A DNA stretch of 63,421 bases, counting the filler, from Dicyema japonicum (Eukaryota; Animalia; Dicyemida): NCBI GenBank assembly GCA_011109175.1. It is 12 parts of 11 records of this genome, joined end to end, with 100 filler letters (N's around TTAATTAATTAA, not from the genome) between each part and the next. Parts side by side here need not be neighbours in the genome. Positions count along the whole stretch, not along the records: positions 50,769 to 54,241 come from RDEW01000008.1; positions 54,342 to 59,794 come from RDEW01000142.1; positions 59,895 to 61,412 come from RDEW01000168.1; positions 61,513 to 63,421 come from RDEW01000303.1; 8 more parts are not named here. The stretch is one strand, 5' to 3'. The notes beneath the pieces were generated by a model. The model did not search any database. It saw nothing but the letters and a program-made list of their open reading frames with translations, and was not told where the DNA came from. Of this stretch, positions 52,040 to 63,421 are shown in pieces (the stretch's first letter is position 1; each line of letters begins with the position of its first letter). A program made the translations under genes and the position numbers.

Positions 52040-54050
52040 CTGAATTTTGTTGAACGGACTCCCGGTATGGTGTCAGCCTTCAATGAGTTCCGTTGCTGTT
52101 CAAAACGTGCTCCGGTGATTATGTTGGTAGTTTTTCAAACGGTGGACAACTTGCGTAGGGAGGTGGGGGAGTTAACAATTTACCATGGAGCGCTTGGAGA
52201 CAAGAGTTGGTCGTATAAACTGGCGATATGCTGTGGAGAGGCATTTATGCTTAAGTGAATTTCAAATTTTTTCTGTTAAATTTTTCGGGGACACAGTTGA
52301 ATGCTTTGGTAATATCAGTGATACTATGACAGTTAAATTATTCAGCGGAAGTTTGATAAAAATGGAAGAGGACGGACTTCTTCACCTCTTTTCTGAAGCG
52401 GAAGCCTGTAATGTACTATTGGAGGATGGAATGATTCTCCTTAGGTTAATTGTGTTGGGATTTAAATGTTTGCGGTTATTAAATTGATTTTGACGTTGGA
52501 AAGTGGGGTAGTTATTGGATAAGAAAAATTAAACATCTAAGATCGACGAGTTACCTGAGCAACTTAGAAATCAACGAGGAAAATCCAATTGCGATAAAAA
52601 CGATATTTTAATAAATACTTTTTTCAGTTGTGCAGTTATTTCAAAAAGTGAAATCAGTCGAAATTCTGGTTCATAGACTACATAAAAATCACTAATACTC
52701 TCGAATCTGCGACTTTTGGACTTATTAGGTGGTTTCAGATCACCTCAGCATAAACAATTGGCGTATTTGTCCATCACTCAGACTTCGTAATTTACAGACT
52801 ACTCAGTACTCTGCTTGGGGCATTGGGTTTCATGGTGGTGGTCTACTCACTCCCATACATTCTTCCCTCCATTTCACAGACGCTAACTACCATACAGCCA
52901 TGCAAGTTTCAGATAACCCCTTAAAGAAAATTCCGCCTTTTCTCAAATTGAAACATAAAGGAAGGTCCGACCTCAGATTTAGTTTTCTCACGCAGAACAG
53001 ATAATCCGACAACAAAATATTTTTTCTATCAACAGTGAAGATGTCGCCGAAGTCGATGACATTGTAATAACTGTACAGCAAATAAGAAGACGTAATGGTG
53101 ATCACTTCTATGAGAAGGTATAAACAAGGGATCGTAAAGTACAAAGACCAATGGTAAAAAAACCAACAAATTCCTTGATCCTTACGAGTTCCGACAGAAT
53201 CCTCACCCAGACAGAGTGATCCAGTCAGGGGAGCTGAGGTCAATTCCAGAACTCGTCTTCAGATGGAATGAATAGAAGGATCCTTTTGAATGTCGACCAG
53301 CATTTCGCGTCTCCTTAGTTAGCCGGATCCAATGATGCACCAGAGGGAAGGAAGAGACCTTATACCGTGTTCAATTGTTTGTGTTACATTACCATGCTTT
53401 CGAGAGTCCTTTTTAGGACAACTGATTGCATGTAAGTCCTCTTTGCTCCGTCAATAGACATCTTGTCCATACAATTCTTGAAGTATTTCGAGACAACTCA
53501 TCCCAGATAATCCTTACTTGACAGACGTAGGAAGAGTTCTCCTACAAGGAGGTCATATTTGTAACATTCCCCAACTTCAACTTGTCTGTAGTGACCATGT
53601 GAAGTTCACCCGTTTCGATGAGAGCTATTATGATCAGTAGTTTGATTGCACAACGAGCCCATACTTGAGAAAAACAAGTTCGTATCTTGCAATAGGCAGA
53701 ACAAAGCTTCACTCCTTGGACAACTATTTCCAGTCCTGGCCACCCACTGAAGGTTTCCACATCGACATTAGGTTCCTCACATTTAATGAGCGCACCGAAT
53801 GTAACGATTTGATTTTGGTTGTAATTCTTTCTCATCCCCCTCAAAACATTATATATTGTGGCCTTGAGGGACTCAACATTAATATTCTCCTTGTAAAAAT
53901 TCCATATTTAGAGGTAAGAAATCCTGCGATTGTAGCCAAATACCACTTATTAGTTCTAATAACTCACAGAACCCCCAACTTCGTAAAAACAGCCGAATTC
54001 TTCTCCAGAGTTTTAAGATTGTTCACTTGAACGTAACCGAACTAATCCTT
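52040..54050 (-). mobile_element. Heavily decayed APE-RT LINE remnants
   Basis: APE-like LEIVVQGVKLCSAYC at ~53.7 kb. RT-like VIDFGDIF and IVYAE at 52.7-53.1 kb. C-terminal YRQFIRP at ~52.2 kb. Confidence 0.55.
53210..53360 (-). mobile_element. Fourth, diverged copy of the structured leader/SINE-like element
   Basis: CATTGGATCC...AATGCTGGTCGACATTCAAAAGGATCC..CTATTC.TTCC..ATCTGAAGACGAGTTCTGGAA, colinear with the 32.6-kb copy. Confidence 0.7.
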
Positions 54051-54483
54051 TCCCAAAGTTAAGTTATTATCGGGGTCATTTAACTGCTATTTCGTAGTCT
54101 AATGAATCACCTCTTTTCACAGATCGAATTAAAAATTATTAAATTAAAATTTACTAACTCCAGATATAGCGAGAGAGAAGTTAACAGTAGACAACTAGTT
54201 AAGTGTATCCAGTTTTCCGTGGTACGAGAGTCCTTCAACGTNNNNNNNNNNNNNNNNNNNNNNNNNNNNNNNNNNNNNNNNNNNNTTAATTAATTAANNN
54301 NNNNNNNNNNNNNNNNNNNNNNNNNNNNNNNNNNNNNNNNNAAAAATTGACCAAATTGACCTAAAAAACTGTTTATAGAAACCTTTTTTTGATATTTTTT
54401 TAATTAATCATTATTTTTAGACTAAAGTCTAACTCTGAATTGTAATTGACTTTATTGACTTATGTTGCCCTACTCATTACTTA

Positions 54484-57285
54484 CAGTGCCTGTCATAAAA
54501 ACTTGGATTTGAAAAAAATTGGGCTTTTTACTCAAAAAATAATTTTTTTAATTAATTTACACGATCATTAGTGTATTTACTAATAAATAAATTAAATTAA
54601 TTTAAATTTATATTGTCATAATTTTATTTTAACGCAGAATTTAATAATTGACCTAACACAGGGGTCGGCAAAACCAGGCTCGCGAGCCTTTGAAGGCTCT
54701 TTAACTCTTACGGTAGGCTCTTTCAATTTTTAACTATTTTTTTTATAAATGATTTCAATTTTTAACTATTTTTTTTGTTTTGTTAATAACAAAAATCTTT
54801 GCACGTTTAACATTAATTTTTTGTGGTACATCGATATATGCCTAGCAAGAAAAAAATTAATAAAAAAATCGATAATGCGCGACAATTTCAATCAAAATGG
54901 ACTGAAACTTTTGCATTCACGTCTAATTCAGAACAACTACCGAAATGTCTCATCTGCCAGGAAACATTGAATCAAAATAAAAAGTCAAATTTAGAGAGAC
55001 ACTTTAACACAAAACACTCAAATTTCGCCAAAAAATATCCAATTGGTGATTCCCGAAAGAAAGCTGTAGAAGAACTTACAAAAAATATTCAATTCGAGAA
55101 TTCTGCTTTTAAATGTTGGTCCGACAATGCCAGGACTGCAAATATTGCAAGTTTTGTAATAAGCCACGAGATCGCAAAAAAGGGAAAACCATTTACCGAT
55201 GGGGAATTTATAAAGGCATGTTTCATTAAAACCTCTGAAGAACTTTTTCACGATTTTTCAAATAAGGCAGAAATCGTGAATAAGATAATGCTCTTTTGTA
55301 TATGAAGGAATCTTTCAATGACAGGTTAAAAATGAATGTTTAAATATAAAGGTTTGAGGATTTTAGAAAAGAAAAAGCAACACTATCGTTCGTTATAAAC
55401 CCTCTACGTGCTAAAGTCAGCAATTTAAATTTATTGCCATTTGAAATCAACGCAGCTGAGTTCGAAATGCAACTATTGGACTTGACATGTAAGGAATTAT
55501 GGGCATCAAAGTTTATTCGCCTTTCAGAATTACTTGAAACCTTGGAACAGAAACATTGTCTGGTAAAATTAAGAATGATATTAATTTTATACAAAAAAAC
55601 TGGAAGATGTGATTCTCGAAACTTGGAATTCTCTTCCAGATTCTTATTATGAATTAAAAAAATTTGCATACGGAATTTTGACAATATTTGGGTCCACTTA
55701 TATGTGTGAACAAAGTTTTTCTCATATGAATTATATAAAATCGAAATTAAGGAACAAAATTACAGATTCGAATTTGGAATCTAACCTCAGATTAAAATTA
55801 ACGACTTACGACCCAGACATTGACCAACTCTCCAAAGAAATGAGGAATCACATTTCTCATTAATGCGTCTAATTAATTTAATTTTTTAAAATGAATTTTT
55901 AATTATTTTTTAAATTAATGTCTATTTAATTTTATGAATTTAAATTTTTGACAAGTGGTAAAAGGTGGCTCTTCAATTTTTCGAAATTTCCAAAAATGTT
56001 CAAAATTGGCTCTTCTCCAAAAGTATTTGCCGACCCCTGACCTAACATAAATACTTGGATTTTTTGTTGCTGTTGAATTGACAAAAATATGTACATTATT
56101 TCAAAGCCTAAACTAACTGAATTCACTAAAGGAATCATTATTGGCCTCTATTCTTCTGGGAAAACAATAAATGAGATCTCAATACTATTGAATATTCCGA
56201 GATCAACTGTTGGCTTTGTAACTAAGAAATATGCAAATACGGGATCTATCAAAAGCAAAATTGGGTCAGGACATCCACCTATCTTGACAAACGACCAATC
56301 CAATGAGTTATGTGTGATATCGAGGAATGTACCGTATATGTCTGCTGTATCTCTGTCCGCTATTCCTAAAGATCGATTCTATATTGATATTTCCCCTCGA
56401 AGAATTGGTCGAATTTTGAAGAGATGGTCTCTATACTCGAGTTGCAAAACATAAACCATTGTTGAACGTAAAAAATGTTAAATCGAAATGGGTACATGCA
56501 ATAAAATTTCTCGGCATATCTGATGACATATGGGAAACAGTCATTTTTTCGGACGAAACAATGTTTGATGCCTTTAATAATAAAAAAACGTAAAATTGTT
56601 TATCGTGAAAATAGACATGCCTTTCAAAAATGCATTATTGTGCCAACAGTAAAGTACGGAGGAGGAAGATTAATTATTTGGAAATGTTTCTCATATGAAG
56701 GTGTGGGAAATCTTGTTTTATTAAAGGAAAATGAATGGCATCAATTATATTAATCTCTTAGCAAATAACCTCGTACAATCCTCCCAAAAAATATGGCTAA
56801 AATCTTTTATTTTCCAACAAGATAACGCGCTCATCCCAGAAAGCGGGCATTGCAACCCAATATCTGAAAGGCAATAAGCACGAAATACTGGACTGGCCAT
56901 CCCAATCCCCAGACCTTAACCCGATAGAACATCTTTGGGCCATGATGAAATCGGAATTATCAAAAAACCGGCCAAAAAATTAAGGAATTGGAGATATGCT
57001 TATTGGAAATTTGAGCATCTATACCAAAAAAGTTGTTGCAAAATTTGGTCTTTTCAATGAAAAAAGAAGTCTAGAAGTCTACGAGGCAAATGGACGATTT
57101 CTTCATATTAATTTTGGTGTTTGTTACGTAAAATAAAAAAAACCAATTTTTTTGTCGTATAAATTAGGGGCGTATGCTTTGAAATACAAATATAGACATT
57201 ATATGCTTAAATTGATAAATGAAGTATTTTGGCAATCCGATGAATAATAGTTTAAGTTACAAACAAAAAAAAATCCAATAAAAAT
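54484..57285 (+). mobile_element. Tc1/mariner DD34E element (degenerate), interrupted by a hAT; right end disrupted
   Basis: TA|CAGTGCCTGTCATAAAAACTTGGATT at 54482. Transposase from 56089 with an HTH region, WETVIFSDETMF, FIFQQDNA and WPSQSPDLNPIEHLW. Confidence 0.9.
54659..56039 (+). mobile_element. Internally deleted hAT (GTF2IRD2/SPIN-Charlie-like) with intact ends
   Basis: Perfect 14-bp TIRs CAGGGGTCGGCAAA/TTTGCCGACCCCTG. 8-bp TSD ACCTAACA at 54651-54658 and 56040-56047. CLIC...LERHFNTKH N-terminus and FGSTYMCEQSFS dimerisation domain; catalytic middle missing. Confidence 0.97.
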
Positions 57286-57289
57286 CCCA

Positions 57290-57915
57290 CATTTTCTTTT
57301 CCAACTGTTCGATAAGGTAGGCACTCTCCTCCGTTCCGAACCAGCCCTCGTAGCCTTATGTTAGGACTGGCAGTACACACGTCCTGTGGACATAGATGTA
57401 CGTTCCCGGATCCAGATGGAACAAGATTAAGCTTTTAAGGGTTCTTACACTCCTTTTCCTCTGATTTGTTACATGGTTAGCATACGAGCCACGACAGTTG
57501 ACAAATACTTCAAGGTAGTGTGAATTCAAGATTTTGGAAAGATTCATAACATAACGACTCATAGCATAAGCTCACGACGCCGCACAACGAGTCCCTCTCC
57601 GCATCTATAAAATGGTTCTCTTTTCAGGTCCTAGGGTCCAAGTCCTTCTCTTCTGCCTACTTCTTTAGCACAGCCATGTATGACTCACGTCGTCTCCATG
57701 ACTGGGAAATCTTCTTCGAGGTATCCATGACCAAGATATCATCATCATATATGATGAGTTTGCAGGTACGTAGTGACAGTAGGGGAATGTCCGCCAGAAC
57801 GAGGTTGAAAAGAAGTGGACTCAAGACCGATCCATGCGGGACGCCCCTTCTAAGTTCTACACACCCTGATAGGACATTCCCACAACGAACAGAAGATTTG
57901 TTTTCGGACAAATAG
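57290..57915 (-). mobile_element. Jockey/L2-group LINE RT and 3' fragment
   Basis: RRGVPHGSVLSPLLFNLVLADIP...IIYDDDI. Confidence 0.8.
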
Positions 57916-57929
57916 CTCTGATGAGTGCA

Positions 57930-58855
57930 TGGTTATTTATTAGTTCTTCATCCTAATCCTTCGCGTCTTTCTAGCATGTTTATGAGTTGCATGTAAAATT
58001 GCGTAAAGCCTACTCAGATTTAATCTGCTGAATACGATCTTATAATCGGTGTTTGTTAGGGCACCTTCAAACAAACGGGAATCGACTAATAATATCTTTT
58101 GGGACTGCTTGCACAAAATATAATCTATTTAATTATATATTTTTAGTTCCTCTGCTTGTTTGTTTTTTTTACAACCTACCCGGGTTGTCTTGTGTCGGTC
58201 GGCGTGCTGAAAAGCTGTGTTGCACAGAAACAAATCGTAGGCATTACAAAAGTCGATCATGAGATTTCCAGAGGAATTTCGGTATCCCCTTCCGTGATTA
58301 CCAATGCAACGTTCACCCCTGCGTTTAATTCCTGCCTTTGAGTTCCAGTCTCCCGCAACAAAAATTAGTACGGACGAGCAGAGTTTGGAGTACACTTCCG
58401 ATAAACTCGTATAGAAATCATCAAGCTCATCCATACAAGCCGATAATCTTCTCGTGTGAGGTCCATACACATTTATGACAGTCATAATCGATTTCTTATT
58501 ACGTAATCCGATATTAAGTTGGATAATGGCGATTCGATCTGTTACCCTCCATACTTTAAGTAGCCAATCCACAAGTGAGATGGGTATAGCGATGCTCATC
58601 CCATAATGACGGGAGTCGGACGGTAATAGTATTAACCGGTAATTGTCATGACATACATCTCGTTCTACAGGTACCTTCGTCTCTTTCAGGCATTCCACGC
58701 TGGTTTTGTATCTATCCAGCACCTTACATAGAATGTTCTGTTTGATGTTTGAGGCAATACCTCTGAAATTGAAAGATTTAATGGAAAAAAGAGTAGGATG
58801 GAGAGATCGAGAGTACGATACCGACATAGCAAAGTGAGAGGTGTCAACCAACTCA
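57930..58855 (-). mobile_element. RTE AP-endonuclease segment (inverted relative to the adjacent RT)
   Basis: SFNFRGI, CLKETK, INVYGPH, VAGDWNSKAG, IDYILC. Confidence 0.92.
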
Positions 58856-59794
58856 ACCAACTCGCATATCAAAATCAGTTGATCAATACTTATCGCCAAG
58901 TCAAAGCGGATTCAGAACGGGAAGATCAACCGCTGATATAGTATGGAGTCATCGGTAGCTTACGGCCATATGCCAGAAGTACAGGAAAACAATGTACATT
59001 CTGGGAGTTGACCTATCAAAAGCGTTCGACTGTATCTGTAGAGTTAAACTATTGCAGGTTCTTGAGGATATTGTTGATGCGGACTTTTTGAGAATTGTCC
59101 GTTTTCTGCTATATGATACGAGCCTCGTAATGAAAATGGGGAGAGACCATTCGAATAAATTTACCACCAGGATTTGTACTCTGCGAGGGGACTCTCTTTC
59201 GCCAGTTCTTTTTGTAATCTATTTGGAAGCCGCGTTGAGGGATGTTAGAAAGGAATTGCATCACTTAAATAATCATTTTGTGGAACTGATATACGCTGAT
59301 GACATCGATTTTGTATCTGAGGATGTGGAGATTCTAAGAACTGTAGTAGACAAAGCTACAACAGTTTTGAAGAAATGGTCCCTGAAGATCAATCCGGAAA
59401 AGACGGACCTAACTACGATTCAGCGGCTGTCGACACGGAATGATGAGAAGTGGAGGTTTACTAAAAGGCTCGGGTCGCTTCTGGGAGATGCTGAGGACAT
59501 CGCCCGCAGAAAAATGTTGGCAACGTGTGCACTAAAAAAGATGTGGAGTATCTGGACACGCAGAAAACTTATCTCTTTAAATCTTCGGATACGCTTGTAT
59601 AATGCCTTCGTACAACCAATCCTATTATACAATTCGGGAACATGGGGAACATCGAAAACGGACCTTGACAGACTAGACGCTTTTCATAGAAAGCAATTGA
59701 GAAAAATCGCGGGTATCAAATGGCCACAGATCATCAAAAACGACACTCTCTACAAATTATGTAAATGCAAGCCGATTAGCAAGGAAGTTACTAC
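58856..59794 (+). mobile_element. RTE reverse transcriptase segment
   Basis: SQSGFRTGRSTAD, LGVDLSKAFD, GDSLSPVLFVIY, YADDIDF, LYNAFVQPILLYNSGTW. Confidence 0.95.
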
Positions 59795-59899
59795 NNNNNN
59801 NNNNNNNNNNNNNNNNNNNNNNNNNNNNNNNNNNNNNNTTAATTAATTAANNNNNNNNNNNNNNNNNNNNNNNNNNNNNNNNNNNNNNNNNNNNAGCTT

Positions 59900-60095
59900 C
59901 TCTTTACTAGGAACATGCTTTTTTTTGCACACTTCGCATTCAGGAAGATAGACGAAGGAATCTACTCAAGGCAAGAGCAGCCGGGAGACGTGTATACCAT
60001 CCCTTAAGCGAGAAACTGACCTCACGCCAGGTCGGAGTGAGGATCACTAATGGCGGCTTTAAGACTGCAGTACAAGCAGTTAGGAAATTTTTCGC
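59900..60095 (+). mobile_element. CRE-like RT fragment
   Basis: FRKIDEGI...LTSRQVGVRITNGGFKTAVQAVR resembles the CRE RT QxGVG..GGxEAAVHAVR motif. Confidence 0.5.
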
Positions 60096-60099
60096 TTCG

Positions 60100-60829
60100 A
60101 ATCATGTTTCTTCATTTATTACGGTCAATTTCCATTTTTGTGTTTGGTATGTTATGGAATTATTGGAACAATTAATCACTCCCTTCTATTAGCTGTTCAT
60201 GAAATTGTCATAATGAAGCTTTTGGAAATCAATGTCCGCTATCAAACAAAGTTTTCGGAATGTTTGCTAATTTACCTGTTTGGTATGTTATGGAATTATT
60301 GGAACAATTAATCACTCCCTTCTATTAGCTGTTCATGAAATAGTCATAATGAAGCTTTTGGAAACCAATTTCCACTCTCAAACAAAATTTTCGGAATGTT
60401 TGCTAATTTACCAATCGGGATTCCTGTTTCATTAAAATTTCGACACTTTCATCTTATCCACCACAAGAATAAGGGGGAATATATTGATCCCGATCTTCCA
60501 AGTTATTGGGAAGTCAAGGTTTTCAAAAATACATTTGGAAAATTTATGTTCATCTTACTACAGCCACTCTGTTATGCAATTCTACCTCTGATTCTATTCC
60601 CTGCATCAATTACTATGCTAGATGTAAACATTCATATATTATTTATTCCCTCTGATAATTTTATCACTTTATTTCTAGATTCTAAACACGACAATCCAAC
60701 TTTGGTATCTTTATCTGGCGGACTATGGGGCTAAAGCCATCGGTTATGTTATTAGCTGGAACATTTTTCGGGACAGGAATTCACCCAATGTCTGGACATT
60801 TTATATCTGAACATTACATGTTTTGCAAG
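60100..60829 (+). pseudogene. DEGS1: Sphingolipid delta-4 desaturase pseudogene fragment
   Basis: NHSLLLAVHEI, FGMFANLPIGIP, HFHLIHH, LQPLCYA, GIHPMSGHFISEHY. 55-nt intron 60624-60678. 136-bp internal duplication and frameshifts. Ends at a hAT remnant. DEGS1 vs DEGS2 not resolved. Confidence 0.9.
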
Positions 60830-60847
60830 ATTCAGCTTAAGACTTCG

Positions 60848-61412
60848 TCAATCGTCGAAGTTTATGTTTTTTGTAAGAAGTAGCGTTTTCGTGGGCTGAT
60901 NTTCTGGCTCGTATGAGCTTATTGCTATTCTCATGCAATCTCCAAGATGGTCATCCGTTAAACGGGTCCTGTATTGAGATTTTATCATTTTCATGCTTGA
61001 AAATGATGTTTCGGATAAATATGTGCTTCCAAAGCATGAAAGAATTCGTTGATACGAATGAATAAAAATTGGATATTTTTCTGGAGACATAAATCTCCAC
61101 ATGTTGACATTTGAATATGATTTTAAAATGAGGTCATTTTTTAGATTTATAATTTCTATTTCAATTTTTCTTGGTTCAACGTCAAAAATCTTTCTAAATT
61201 CTTCTGAAACATTTTCGATGTCTTTCTCCATGAGCGGAGAAGCAAAGAAACTGCATAATATTGTAATTTTCTTGAAATCGCTAAATCTGTGTTTAAACTC
61301 GTTCATTATATTTTCTAGTACCATTGCAAATTCATTGAGATAATAATTTTTATCGGCAAGTTGTTTTGTGAATTCATCTTCAATGTTAGGAAAATGAGTA
61401 AAATTTTCTTTT
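60848..61412 (-). mobile_element. hAT (GTF2IRD2-like) transposase C-terminal fragment
   Basis: EFKHRFSDF...SCFGSTYLSETSFSSMKMIKSQYRTRLTDDHL. Confidence 0.9.
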
Positions 61413-61512
61413 NNNNNNNNNNNNNNNNNNNNNNNNNNNNNNNNNNNNNNNNNNNNTTAATTAATTAANNNNNNNNNNNNNNNNNNNNNNNNNNNNNNNN
61501 NNNNNNNNNNNN

Positions 61513-63421
61513 TTATTGATATTATGGATTGCATTCATGTAAGTGTTTTTAGTAATAACGAACATATATCAATAATATATATCCATTAAAAATTAAACTG
61601 TAATGCCAATAACGAGATAAATCAGATTTACTTTAAGTGAACTTGTTAAAAAATGAAATTTTTTATGTGATAAGTTCTTATATATATGACATATTTAATT
61701 CACGTAAATATTTTTAGTAATAACTAACATGTATCAATAATATATATCCATTAAAAATTAAACTGTAATGCCAATAACGAGATAAATCAGATTTACTTTA
61801 GGTGAACTTGTTAAAAAATGTTAACTTTTAATGTAATAAGTGCTTATTGATATTACGGATTGCATTCATGTAAGTATTTTTAGTAATAACGAACATATAT
61901 CAATAATATATATCCATTAAAAATTAATCTGTAATGCCAATAACGAGATAAATCAGGTTTTATTGCCGGTAAACTTGTTAAAATATGTTAACTTTTTATG
62001 TGATAAGTGCTTATATATAAGACATATTTAATTCATGTAAGTATTTTTAGTAATAACGAACATATATCAATAATATATATCCATTAAAAATTAAACTGTA
62101 ATGAAATAACGAAATAAATCAGATTTACTTCAGGTGAACTTGTTAAAAAATGTTAACTTTTTATGTGATAAGTGCTTATTGATATTACGGATTGCATTCA
62201 TGTAAATATTTTTAGTATTAACTAACATATATCAATAATATATATTCATTAAAAATTAAACTGTATAGCCAATAACGAGATAAATCTGATTTACTTCAGG
62301 TGAACTTGTTAAAAAATGTTAACTTTTTATGTGATAAGTGCTTATTGATATTATGGATTGCATTCATGTAAATATTTTTAGTAATAACGAACATATATCA
62401 ATAATATATATCCATTAACAATTAAACTGTAATGATAATAACGAGATAAATCAGATTTACTTCAGGTGAACTGGTTAAAAAAGTTAACTTTTAATGTGAT
62501 AAGTGCTTATTGATATTACGGATTGCATTCATGTAAATATTTTTAGTAATAACGAACATATATCAATAATATATATCCATTAAAAATTAAACTGTAATGC
62601 CAATAACGAGATAAATCAGATTTACTTCAGGTGAACTTGTTAAAAAATGTTAACTTTTTATATAATAAGTGCTTATTGATATTACGGATTGCATTCATGT
62701 AAATATTTTTAGTAATAACGAACATATATCAATAATATATATCCATTAAAAATTAAACTGTAATGCCAATAACGAGATAAATCAGATTTACTTCAGGTGA
62801 ACTTGTTAAAAAATGTTAACTTTTTATATAATAAGTGCTTATTGATATTACGGATTGCATTCATGTAAGTATTTTTAGTAATAACGAACATATATCAATA
62901 ATATATATCCATTAAAAATTAATCTGTAATGCCAATAACGAGATAAATCAGATTTACTTCAGGTGAACTTGTTAAAAAATGTTAACTTTTAATGTAATAA
63001 GTGCTTATTGATATTACGGATTGCATTCATGTAAGTATTTTTAGTAATAACGAACATATATCAATAATATATATCCATTAAAAATTAAACTGTAATGCCA
63101 ATAACGAGATAAATCAGATTTACTTCAGGTGAACTTGTTAAAAAATGAAACATTTTATGTGATAAGTTCTTATATATAAGACATATTTAATTCACGTAAG
63201 TATTTTTAGTAATAACGAACATATATCAATAATATATATCCATTAAAAATTAAACTGTAATGACAATAACGAGATAAATCAGGTTTTATTACAGGTGAAC
63301 TTGTTAAAAAATGTTAACTTTTTATGTGATAAGTTCTTATATATAAGACATATTTAATTCACGTAAGTATTTTTAGTAATAACTAACATATATCAATAAT
63401 ATATATCCATTAAAAATTAAA
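61513..63421. repeat. AT-rich satellite, 165-167-bp unit, ~11.5 copies, runs off the window end
   Basis: Marker CCATTAA at 61583, 61748, 61914, 62081, 62246 (variant), 62412, 62577, 62743, 62909, 63075, 63240 and 63407. Confidence 0.98.

Noticed and set aside
61513-63421. CRISPR array interpretation of the terminal repeats
   Set aside because: Whole units repeat with no unique spacers, there are no cas genes, and the context is eukaryotic.

Overview
This is an AT-rich, gap-ridden eukaryotic nuclear scaffold, not prokaryotic. Most of it is decayed transposons: L2/Jockey-type, RTE, Ingi-like and CRE/REL-endonuclease non-LTR elements, hAT, Tc1, Helitron and Gypsy remnants. The ORF track misses the host genes because they are split by ultra-short GT-AG introns, mostly 20-29 nt with a mode of 22. 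Splicing by hand recovers five genes: an intact 8-exon HSD17B7-type 3-ketosteroid reductase, a 148-aa miniature TPX2-like gene, the 5' part of a PSTAIRE CDK, a KIAA2012-like coiled-coil gene with apparent lesions, and a DEGS-type sphingolipid desaturase pseudogene. Metazoan-type genes with such small introns suggest a dicyemid mesozoan (inference, not shown). The most unusual structures are a LINE flanked by a 129-bp direct repeat, a four-copy structured leader with partial HDV-ribozyme-like topology, a non-coding 685-bp x3 tandem that fills a whole contig, a 2A peptide ahead of a LINE endonuclease, a 5'-inverted RTE, and a ~166-bp two-subtype satellite. I found no rRNA, tRNA or CRISPR array. 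Family calls rest on motifs recognised from memory; no database search was run. Boundaries of decayed elements are approximate.
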